In this document: piece by piece, positions 12,734 through 23,142 of the stretch
Numbering within the stretch: the first letter of the stretch is position 1
Layout of the letters: each line of letters starts with the position of its first letter
From: Octopus sinensis
Taxonomy: Eukaryota
Length of the DNA stretch: 64,000 nt
NCBI RefSeq assembly: GCF_006345805.1
Contig: NC_043006.1
Location: forward strand, 65,038,001 to 65,102,000
Direction of reading: 5' to 3'
Translations under genes and position numbers: made by a program
Notes under the pieces: generated by a model
Databases searched by the model: none
What the model saw: only the letters and a program-made list of their open reading frames with translations
Told to the model about the DNA's origin: nothing

Positions 12734-14534
12734 CTACCACCCAACATGCCCACCTTGATAAAGCCCACCACCGCCACTACCACTAGCACCACCACCACCA
12801 CCACCACTGGAACTCATAGTACTTGGAATAGAATGTGGTGGCAAGTTGGGTGGCGGTGTGTTGTTCAATACTGGTGGCATGGCCGGCCTGTGGCTGGGGT
12901 TACGTGGAGGGGGAAGAGGAAGGTTGTGTGGGCCAAGGGATGTCGCCCCGTGGTAGGGTCTCCGCCTCATGCCACCTCGAGGTGTGGCCACCAGTCCAAA
13001 TGGTGATGGGCTTGGACGTGGCATGCTGTCATCCTGCCCATACGTATCAAAGTAACTTTGCACTTTCGCTCGGAGAGACACAGCGCCATCGTTCCCACCA
13101 GCAGTGGCAGCAGCAGCGGCGGCAGCTGCAGCTGCTGCAGGAGGCATGCCTTGGCTACTGCCACTAACACTAACAGGAGCTACACTACTGGGAGGAGGCG
13201 GATGGTGAAGAGTCACATGTGGATGTGGTGGAGGGTAGCGCATATCATCCAAAGGGTAAATAGGTTGGTTTTTACTGAGTGGTGACGGGAAGTTCTTAGA
13301 AGGTTTGTCAAATTCAACTTTTGAAGTGACTGTCTGTGTTGATCCAAAATTCACTTTGGCAGGCACCAGCACATCTGTGGCTAGACTATCAAGAATGGCC
13401 TGAGAAGTAACAATATTACTGCCTGCAGAACTGACATTTAAGGAAGAAACAGTGCTGGTGTCTTGTGAGGTGGGCGACAGACTAGAAGAAATACTGCTGC
13501 TACTAGTGGCATTGTGGCCATAGTCAGGACCCACACAACTATGGTAAATGTTGTCCATATTGTTACTACTGCTCCGTGAATGACCATCTGCTGATAAGGG
13601 TGGGTTGTCATATTTTAACACAGAAGGCGGTAACCCTATGTTTGGTGGTGGCAGCAGGCCCATCTGACTACCAGTGTTACTATTGTCAGCCATGTCACAT
13701 ACCCCACACATAGAGGCCGAGTTGCCGCTATTATTGCTGTTTGAATTACCATAACCAGGCTCATCTTTGCACTCTAACAGTTTAGAATTCTCGCCTAACC
13801 TCTGAGAGCAATTAACTGCCCGGAATGTATTACCTGCCTGCCTATCAAAGCTGTGAAAGCCAGGAGGAGGACTATGTGGAGTCTTTGGCGTTTGAGGTGT
13901 GACAGGGAGGCCAGAATGTTCTGATTTTGACAAACTGCCTTCACTCTGCAATTGTTTGTTGAGGCTCTCTAGCAACTTTATGGTAGTTTTGTCACAGCGT
14001 ACATTCAGTTTTTTCGCCAGATCCTCAATACTTAGTCCCCCCTGACTAGACTTCAGCATCTGAACAATAGACTGCAACTGCTGTGGATTGGGCGATGATA
14101 TTGTTTTACACTTCGCTTCAAAGTCAGTAGAAGATGACACGATGGAATCGTCCTTGCTGTCAGCAATTTCAACATTTGAACTCAGTGCTTCTTTACCACT
14201 GTTTGTAAGAACTCTATTGTCTTTTATAAGAGGTTCAGAACTAAAGCCCAGACCAGCTGGATCTTCACTCTTGAGCCTTTCTGATATCATAGCATGGCTG
14301 GGATTGTCCCTTGACAGATAAGAGAAAGGCTTTGGATTCTCACTATTACTACTACCACCACTGCTGCTGCTGCTGATAGGCAATCTACCTTTACAAGCCC
14401 CAATCAGTGGTGGATTACCTTTGGGTTGCATGTTTATTTGGTGACTCACTTCTTGTTCTCTTTTCATAGCTTCTCGCAGACTTCGTTTTCGGTTCTTAAT
14501 CCACATTTCATGGCAATCTTGGTCCCTAGGAAAT
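12734..14534 (-). CDS. CDK12: CDK12/13-like terminal coding exon: DCHEMW C-terminal extension followed by about 580 aa of low-complexity Ser/Pro/Ala/Gly tail
   Basis: Acceptor ctttacag at 14535. FPRDQDCHEMWIKNRKR corresponds to the CDK12 LPHWQDCHELWSKKRR motif. Open for 1801 nt to TAG at 12736-12734. Contains poly-Ala (10 residues) and poly-Gly. Confidence 0.9.
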
Positions 14535-15039
14535 CTGTAAAGAGAAAAAGGCAAAACACAAATATATATATTATATATATTGCTGCATCTTGGGAGGGTC
14601 TTCATGCCAATAATAAACACACACATTGGTTCTTTTTCACTTCTTTCCCGCCATCATCATTTAATGTCCGTCTTCCATGCTAGCGTGGGTTGGACGGTTT
14701 GACAGGAGCTAACAAGACAGCAGACTGTACTAACCTCCACCATCTGGTTTGACATGGTTTTTACAGCTGGATGTCCTTTCTAAAACCAACCACCTTACAG
14801 AATGGGCTGGGATCTTTTCATGTGGTACCAGCACCTTTTATCATTATTAGTCAATTTAGCCAATTAACTGTTTAATTAATCATCAGTCAGCTAGGGTTGT
14901 CAAAAGTCCTTTCACTGCCATTTGTGGCCTCATCAATAATGCGCCCTGTCTACAACAAACACACAAGTTCACATCAAGAATTTTGTAATCCAAATTGAAA
15001 AACAAAATATGTATGAGAGAGAGAGAGAATTATCTTTTA

Positions 15040-15415
15040 GTCTTTCTTTGTTCCGATTATTAAATTGTGGCCATGCTGGGGTACCACCTGAAAGAATTTT
15101 AGTCAAATGAATCAACCCCAGTACTTATTAAAGCTTATCATTTATTCTATTGATCATTTTTGCTAAACCACTAAGTTATAGGGACATAAACACACCAACA
15201 CCAGTTGTCAAGCAGTGGTGAGGACAAACACAGATACACATACATACATATACATGACAGGCTTCTTTCAGTTTCTATCCACCAGATCCACTCACAAAGC
15301 TTTGGTTGGTCTGATGCTATAGTAGAAGACACTTGCCCAAGGGACCATGCAGTGGGACTGAACCCAGAACCATGTGGTTGGGATGCAAACTTGTTACCAC
15401 TCAGCCATGCTTGCA
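15040..15415 (-). mobile_element. SINE with the family C head and a different 3' domain (other copies at about 15800-16155, 41110-41375, 43975-44370, 46375-46690, 49255-49620 and 56130-56485)
   Basis: Same head and CORE-like block; 3' part ...ctaagttacggggacataaac...gtggccatgctgg. Confidence 0.7.
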
Positions 15416-16356
15416 CAAAATCTTTATCTGAACAGCCGAAAACTACCACCACTATCACCACAGATTTAACACTTGTTTAATTCAAGTAATACCAACCAAG
15501 CTGGTTCTCTGATACAAAAGCTTTTACTTGAAAATGTCCACATTTAAATTAAAAGCTTCTGCTATCATTTTATGTAAGAATCTTTTAAGGCATGTTTCCA
15601 ACATCAGCTTAATAATTAATATAATTAGTGGTTTTAGTAAATTCATCCAAAACTCTTTTGATTTTATTTCAAAAATCAAAAGAAGCTCATATCAGTGAAG
15701 TTGGCACAACTACCTTTAATTTTACCCTCACCCATATCTTCTTCTTTACCCTCTGTATATCATTTATTCTTAATAGTCATCGCTGTCTCTCTTTTTATTG
15801 TTCGTCTTATACTTGTTTCAATCATTGGACTGTGGCCATACTGGGGCCCTGCCTTGAAATGTTCAGGGAAAGAAATCGGCTTCAGTAGCCAAGCTTTTAA
15901 GTATGTTACTTATTCTATCAGTCTCTTTTGCTGAACCACTAAGTTACCAGGACATAAGCAAACTAACACCAAATGTCATGCAGAGGTGGGAGGATAAACA
16001 CAAACACACACGATGGGCTTCCACACAGTTTCTGTCTATCAGATTCACTCACAAGTCATTGGCTGGCCTGAGGCTATTGAAGAAGACACAAGCCCAAGAT
16101 TCTGCAAGGTTGGATTGACCTCAAAATCAGGTGGTTCCAAAGTGAACCTCTTAACATACAGCCATCCCCTTGCCTCTTTTTTTAAGTAAACATCTTAAGT
16201 AACTGAATACCAACAATATATATAACCACTGGACTTATATGGTCAGGTGATTCTTAGCCTATGCTCTTCAATTTGATTCAACACCAACAATTCACTGAAA
16301 AAAATCAGATATATTGACTCTAAATTTCATTACCCTTAACTAGACAAAGCAGTTTT

Positions 16357-17634
16357 GGATCTTTTCCTTTTGATAGACAGAATTCAACACAATTTCTAGT
16401 TAACTAAACAATTTGAAACTTCGTATACTGGTAGAATGTGTCAAAAGAAAACATTATTTTCACTTGGCTTTTTTGATAAATTTGTAATTCGTTTGTTTAA
16501 CGTAGTTTAATTTTTCGAATTTTAACCAATCGTATGCTCTCTTTTGAGCTGAAATCATTTGCTGCGTCTAAAAACTGTTTACTGTTACGTAAACAGCGCG
16601 CACACACACGTGTTATTCATCCTTCTCTCTTCTGTCTGTCTCGCTCTTTAGTCATCCGCACACATAAATGTTATACATACATGTGTGCGTGCACACATAA
16701 ATGTTATACATACATGTGTGCGTGCACACATGTTTATATATTTAGTAGTAAATTTCTTCTTTACGATTATTAGTAAATTCACGTTTATTTATTAATATCG
16801 ATAACGAATTACTGCCGTTGTTTAGACCGGCCCCAATACGTAACTGGTACTTAATTTATCCTTAAGCTAGTGACCGATGCCGGAAGGCTGTCATGAGATA
16901 GGGTTAGGGTTAGAGGTTAGGCTTAGGGATAAATTAAGTACCAGTTACGTACGCACGCACTGGTGTCGATAGAGCCCCTTGCCAGAACAAATTTACACAA
17001 AAGGTAAATAAACCAGAAATGGGGGATCAATGTTTCATCGTTTCGGGGCCGATAAATTAAGTACCAATTACGCACTGGTGTCGAGGATTTTCCCCCCAAT
17101 TTATTTCATAGCCTCTGACAAGCTGGGGCATCCTTTTATGAAAAATATTTCGCAAATTTTTACAATACGACCCACACTCCAAGCATACCCTCATATCCCA
17201 CTCTAGACCGATTTAGGCATATTATTGTTTTGTTTTTGTTGTTTTTGGCCCTTCAAAACCATGGGAGAAGCCTTTTTGGTAAAAAAAAAAAAAAAAAAGA
17301 AAATATTAAAAAAATATCGTTAATATTTATATTGGGCGACGAAATTCATCGATTTAAGAGATATGGCTGTTAATTCTAGCACATGCCAACACAACCCTCC
17401 TCGTTTGTTTATCAATATAGATAACGCAGCAAATGATTTCAGCTCAAAAGAGAGCATACGATTGGTTAAAATTCGAAAAATTAAACTACGTTAAACAAAC
17501 GAATTACAAATTTATCAAAAAAGCCAAGTGAAAATAATGTTTTCTTTTGACACATTCTACCAGTATACGAAGTTTCAAATTGTTTAGTTAACTAGAAATT
17601 GTGTTGAATTCTGTCTATCAAAAGGAAAAGATCC
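16357..17634. mobile_element. Young non-autonomous DNA transposon, 211-bp perfect TIRs, 8-bp TSD (Merlin- or MULE-like by GG termini and TSD length)
   Basis: 16357-16567 is the exact reverse complement of 17424-17634 (checked base by base). TSD GCAGTTTT at 16349-16356 and 17635-17642. No transposase ORF. Confidence 0.92.
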
Positions 17635-17821
17635 GCAGTTTTATATACCAATCTATCTTTTGTTGTGGAATGTTATTATTTACATTATTTAAATTTGACA
17701 GATATTTGTCATTATCTTGTTTGTTGTTAATATGTTTCAGCTGATATACCCTCCAGCCTTCATCAGGTGTTTTGGGGAAAATACCGTAAGAATGAGAACC
17801 CAGGTTCGAAATTTCCCCTAA

Positions 17822-17867
17822 GACACCTGATGAAGGCTGGAGGGTATACCAGCCGAAACGTTGTGTT
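17822..17867 (+). ncRNA. Minimal type I hammerhead ribozyme motif, intact core
   Basis: GACAC CUGAUGA A GGCUGG AGGGUAUA CCAGCC GAAA CG UU GUGUU. Stem I GACAC/GUGUU, stem II 6 bp, palindromic ACGU in place of stem III, GUU cleavage triplet (cut predicted after 17862). Confidence 0.7.
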
Positions 17868-18076
17868 ATCCGTGAAATATAAATAAAGTAATTATTATTA
17901 TTTAGGTCACAGCCTGGAATCGAACTTGGAATTTTGGGGTTAGTAGCCCACGTTCTGAACCACTATGACATATGCCCATGGGCAATTATAGAGTGAATTT
18001 TAGGGCTTATAATAATAATAATAATTACATTGAAATATACCTTAGGAATGAGAATCCAGGTTCGAAATTTCCCCAA

Positions 18077-18122
18077 GACACCTGATGAAGGCTGGAGGGT
18101 ATATCAGCCGAAAAGTTGTGTT
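18077..18122 (+). ncRNA. Minimal hammerhead motif, second plus-strand copy (ACGU changed to AAGU)
   Basis: Same core and stems as the 17822 copy; single C-to-A change at position 15.2. Confidence 0.55.
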
Positions 18123-19291
18123 AACAACAAACAAGATGAGGACAAATATCCATCAAATGTAAATAATGTACAAAATTCCTCATCTCTTAAATATAGAACT
18201 GTATTGTGGAATGTCTGGTTGAGATATGTCAAGTTTATTGAGGCTTGCAGAAAATACCAATTCTATTTGTTGGCAAACATTTAACATAATTACTGGAATA
18301 ATCATGAAACTTAATTTTGCAAGAAGCCCTTGCCCTCTGCCTTTAGCCCTGAGTTTCATAGCTACAGATGGGTGTGCTTTTGGTCAACATCAGATTGTTT
18401 GCTACAAGCCACATACTTGCCATGCTGAGATTCCTGCTTCCAACTAGCCAACTGTTTATGTGCTTTTTTTCTTAGCCCTTAATTTTACTTTCTTTGAAAC
18501 AACAGTTGACACATTTCCCTCAGGCTGTTCACAGCTTGGACATCATTCATGAAATCATTAGCAAACTTTTTCTTCTCCCTTATTCATCGTCATCATCATT
18601 TGACCTCCATTTTCCATGCTGGTATAGGTTGGACAGTTTGACAGGAGCTGGCAAGCTGGAGAGCTGCACCAGGCTCCAATTGTCTGTTTTGGCATGATTT
18701 CTAGGGCTGGCTGCTCTTCTTAATGCCAACCACTTCACAAAATGTACTGGGTGCTTTTTACATAGCACCAGCACAGGTGCATTTTATGTAGCTTCAGCAC
18801 ATGTAGTTATTTCCTTACTACTACTACTGCTGCTGCTGAGGTGGTAAGCTGGCAGAATTGTTAGCACATCAAATAAACTACTGAGTGGAATTTCTTCTGG
18901 TCCTCTTTACATTCTGAGTTCAAATCTCTCCGATATCAACTTTGCCTTTCATCCTTTTGAGGTCGATGAAATAAATACCAGTTAAGCACTGGGGTTGATG
19001 CAATTGACTTAGCCCCTTCTATCAAAATTGCTGGCTTTGTGCCCAAATTAGAAAGGATTATCAGTAGCAATGATAAGAATAAATACTAATGAGGATTTCT
19101 AACATTGGCACAAGGTCACATATTTCAAAAGTGGAGGTACATTGATTGAACCAAAACTGAAGAAATGAAATGGAAGCTGGACTCTAGTGGGATGTGAACT
19201 TATATAATAACATAGTACAATGTACAACAACAATGAATGGAAATAGAAACAGCAGGGATAAGTATAAAAAGAATAAGAAAACCCATCATAC

Positions 19292-19423
19292 TCAGGTGGT
19301 GTGATTTTAGCAGGATCAACATCTCTGAGCCAAGCACAATTTAAAGCTTGTTCAGCACTGCATCGCCGACTTGGATCAAGTTCTAACATACGATCAAGCA
19401 GGTCTAGAGCTGGCTTGGGAATA
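19292..19423 (-). CDS. CDK12: CDK12/13-like kinase exon ([43 protein letters not shown])
   Basis: Acceptor ttttcag, donor GA|GTATGA. 132 nt, phase 2/2. Confidence 0.97.
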
Positions 19424-20459
19424 CTGAAAATAGAAAAGATGCTTAGTCAAACAACTGTCCATGTATATGGGTTATCATCATCATCATCATCATCATACTC
19501 AACATAACATCCATTTTTCTATGCTAAGCTAAGTCAAATGAAATTTGTTGAGGCAAATTTTCTATGGCTGGATGCTCTTCCAGTAACTAATTTTTGTTTC
19601 CTGTTAAGGTAATATTTCCTCACAGCCCTTTGAACACCAGCAATACAATGGCTAGACATTGATTTCTCAGAAGATTGCAAATGAAACCATTTGTAGGAAG
19701 GTAACACTTATTTATAATAAACAAGTGATGGCATGTCAAAGAGACACTAACACACACAATCAACTTACTTCAACTTCCATCTACCAAATCCACTCACAGG
19801 ACTATAGTAGAAGACACTTGCCCATTGTGCCATGTAGTGGGACTGAACCCGAAATTATATCTTTGTAAAGCAAACTCAGCCCTGACTAAATCTATTCATG
19901 ATATGAAAGAGATGCATGGTTCAATTCCAGACATGTAATGCATGCAGAAAAGATAGCACTTTCGGTTTGGGCACGTAATGTGTGCAGAGAGACAAATGTC
20001 CTGGTATACAGGAGAGACAGCTATTTTAATATGGACATGCAATATGAGCAGAAGAGACAACTGTCTTGGTATGGGCATGCTTCATTAGAGCATTAAAACA
20101 TAAGATACATAATCAGTTTTAAAAACTGTAATTCTTGGCATCTCCTTGATAAGATGCTGGCTAATTACAAGTGTATTTACCATTGATATAAAGCTAGAGT
20201 CCATGATACAACACACTTGCTTCCTTCAGAATATACAAGGTAATGAGAAGTTTCACTGATAGTCACAGGCAAACTGTGACCCATGGGACTTGCAAAACGG
20301 TATGCCAATGAAAAATTACCTTGAATTTTTTTTAGTGGTGCAGCCCCTCTGATGATGAGCCATGTCTCATGTGGCCCACTTCTCAAAAGAGGTTGCCCAT
20401 GCCTGCTCTATGCACTCATTTGATCTGCTAGAAACCATAACCAAAACTCAATCTCACAT

Positions 20460-20990
20460 TTAACCCATGAGCATTCAGATTCCTCTGTCAAATACAATGC
20501 ATATTTACTAGCATTGTTTCAAATTTAATCTTGCATTATCACATAGCTTTAATACTTTGACAATGTGGTTGTGTGTTTTTAGAATGACATTGTAGAGTAG
20601 GTGGGGGAGGCCAGATCTGGTCAGTTTGAACATAAAACAGATGGTTTGAGCCAGATATCATCATCATCATCATCATTTAGCGTCCGCTTCCCATGCTAGC
20701 ATGGGTTGGACGGTTCAACTGGGGTCTGGGAAGCCAGAAGGCTGCACCAGGCCCAGTCTGATCTGGCAATGTTTCTACGGCTGGATGCCCTTCCTAACAC
20801 CAACCACTCCGTGAGTGTAGTGGGTGCTTTTTACGTGCCACTGGCACAGGTGCTAGGCGAGGCTGGCAACGGCCACGATCGGATGGTGCTTTTTACGTGC
20901 CACCGGCACGGAGGCCTGTCGGGGCGGCGCTGGCAACAGCCACGTTCGGATGGTTCACTTATATGGTTACTTCAAATGCTAATGGGTTAA
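20460..20990. mobile_element. TTAA-flanked (piggyBac-type) MITE interrupted by an RTE tail insertion at 20659-20960
   Basis: Termini TTAACCCATGAGCATT and AATGCTAATGGGTTAA (1 mismatch as inverted repeats); ATAT is duplicated at 20655-20658 and 20961-20964. Confidence 0.75.
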
Positions 20991-21222
20991 AAAAAAAAAA
21001 AAGTGACACAGACAATGTAGTTCTTGACATAATACATAGCTGGAATGGCTTTAATCTTAGATCTGTTTTATCAGGGCTGGTTTTTGGCTCCACAACAACA
21101 TCAGCAATTCCAGGATCTAACTTAACTGATACTTTACAAAGGATTTATCACTCCAGTTGTTTTAGCTGGTCAGATCAATATGTTATCACACACACTGCCA
21201 AATGTTTCTCAGAGCTACTCAC

Positions 21223-21417
21223 AAGGAAAATTCTTCTCGTAATCGTCGACGATACTGTTTCTTTGGTTTCATGGAATGGAAGAGTGGCAGCTTTATGACA
21301 TCTGGCCACACAGCTGGACAAGCACATCCACATGTACGACTGATCAGTTCAAGCTGAGTTATTTCCTGGCTGGCTTGAAAGATGGGTTTCTTAGTGAACA
21401 ATTCCCCAAGAATGCAG
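21223..21417 (-). CDS. CDK12: CDK12/13-like kinase exon ([15 protein letters not shown]...[15 protein letters not shown])
   Basis: Acceptor aaacag, donor TT|GTGAGT. 195 nt, phase 2/2. [14 protein letters not shown] matches CDK12/13. Confidence 0.97.
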
Positions 21418-21534
21418 CTGTTTAAGGACAGAGAATAATTAAAACAATATTAAACAGATAAATAAATAACACGATAAAATAAAAACCAAGCAAAGTTTTT
21501 ATATAAGATTACACAACAGGAAGATTATATACAA

Positions 21535-21572
<38 letters not shown>

Positions 21573-22980
21573 CAGAGCCCACACAACATATATAAAAGGT
21601 TACACAATATGAAAATTATATACAAGCTTCTGTGGAAGACTATATCACAGACAGACAATATGCAAATTCAAGCTACTGAAGGAGCCTTACATGGTTCTTC
21701 AACCAACTAGACATAGCAGCTAAGTCTTAAAAGAAAAAACTGCCAGTGCTACCTGACTGGCTCCCGTGCCAGTGGCACATAAAAAGCACCCTGAGTGAGT
21801 GTTTTTGACTATATCGGCACCTAGTGATGGTGCCATGTAAAAAGAGATGGTGTCACATAAAAAGCACTGGAGATGGTGCCATGTAAAAAAAAAACACTGG
21901 CGGTGGTGCCAAGTAAAAAACACTGGTGCTGGTGCCATGTAGAAAGCAACAAGAGCACTTTGTAAAGTTGTTGGTGTTAATAAGGGCATCAAGCTGTAGA
22001 AACTATGCCAAAACAGACAATGGAAGCTAGTGCAGTTCCTGGCCTTGCCAGCTCCTTTCAAACCAATAAACTCATGCCAGCACGGAAAATGGATATTAAA
22101 TGATGATGATAATACACATTTCACCACAAGGTCCAGTCCTTGTTGCAGTGTGGTAGCTTGTGTGCCTCAATGATCCAAAGAGCTATGCTGGCAGAGCACA
22201 AGCTCCTGGAAGGGCCTCTCATGCTGGACAGTTCAAAGGATAGAAGCCAGACTTATATGGACCAGGTCGTCCTAGAGGTAAAAATGAGTTTGCATAGGGA
22301 CAACATCCCAAACAAGAAAAAGCAAAGTTACAGAAGCATTGAGGTGACAATTCAAAACCAACAGGACTGGGGAAAGGCAAAGACAGCCCAGAGTTTAGAA
22401 AAGTAAGGAAATGTTGTCGACAGGCTATGCTCTACCGAGAGTGAGTATAGTATACATGACCAAGTCATACTTGCTCATCATTGATGACTATAATGTACAT
22501 AAAATCTGACTGGTAATAGCTATGGAGCTGAAAATTTCAGGAATCACTCCTCTCATGGATACTAACAAACTGTAAATTTGAAGAAAATCTAAGAACATTC
22601 ACAATGGACCCTTGTTAAATTTCATCTTATACCATAAATAAATCACTGCATAAAATTACTTTCTATTTATATATAATAAATATTTGGATTTCTTTCTTTT
22701 TGTAAAACATGCAAAGGAGGTGCTTATAAAACCGTATTTGGTGTGAGTGTTTATGTGTGGGAAACTAAGCTACAAAAGGCTGGGGGCCAGTTCACGAAAT
22801 GACCATTTGTTCCTGCGAAAAATAGCAGCCAACCCACTCTCAAATCATATAGCTATCTTTTAAAAAGGAAGAATATATTGTATAAAGCAGTCTGAATGAA
22901 AGACATGATGGTCCTGGCTAGACTGTCTTTAATCATATGTCTGCCAGATTTCAGCCGACCAGGACTAAACAACAACTTAC

Positions 22981-23142
22981 CCACAACTCCAGACGTCGAT
23001 GGCTGGCCCATAACGCTCTTCTCCCAGCAACAGTTCAGGTGGACGGTACCACAGTGTAATGACCTTGTTGGTGTATAATCTATCTCTGTCTTCAGGCTCG
23101 TAATAGCGAGCTAAGCCAAAATCAGCAAGCTTGATCTGGCCC
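22981..23142 (-). CDS. CDK12: CDK12/13-like kinase exon: DFG and activation loop ([53 protein letters not shown]); not in the ORF track
   Basis: Read manually on the minus strand. Acceptor ttactag at 23143, donor GG|GTAAGT at 22980. 162 nt, phase 2/2. T-loop Thr codon at 23072-23070. Confidence 0.98.

Larger units (their letters stand above)
17674..18199. mobile_element. Composite hammerhead-bearing retroelement insertion: [tail -][tail +][tRNA-like head -][tail +], Penelope-like architecture
   Basis: Flanked by direct repeat TTGTGGAATGT (17663-17673 and 18204-18214; 13/15 match if extended). Three copies of GACAC-CTGATGA-AGGCTG...CAGCY-GAAA. B box GTTCGATTCC on the minus strand at 17925-17916. 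Ends in TCTCTTAAATATAGAAC, like the copy ending at 5770. Confidence 0.75.

Noticed and set aside
14535-14626. N-terminal part of the 630-aa ORF as a start of translation
   Set aside because: It is intron read-through upstream of the acceptor at 14535; the exon joins in frame to the 19292 exon.
12680-14683. Plus-strand ORFs overlapping the terminal exon (also 50665-50973)
   Set aside because: Antisense shadows of a GC-richer coding exon; no independent motifs or splice support.
16899-16928. Interstitial telomere
   Set aside because: Only about five imperfect TTAGGG units, located inside a transposon; noted under that element's cargo instead.
17905-17985. Genuine tRNA gene (also the heads at 45977 and about 11040)
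   Set aside because: A and B boxes are present, but there is no complete acceptor stem or cloverleaf. These are SINE heads.
22130-22470. Possible internally deleted RTE-derived element
   Set aside because: The resemblance to RTE 5' and 3' ends is from memory only and is too decayed to support as a feature.
23076-23078. Leu instead of Pro before the T-loop YT (RLYTNKV vs human RPYTNKV)
   Set aside because: This position is not invariant among transcriptional CDKs, and the phospho-Thr and downstream motif are intact. An orthologue alignment would be needed to call it unusual.
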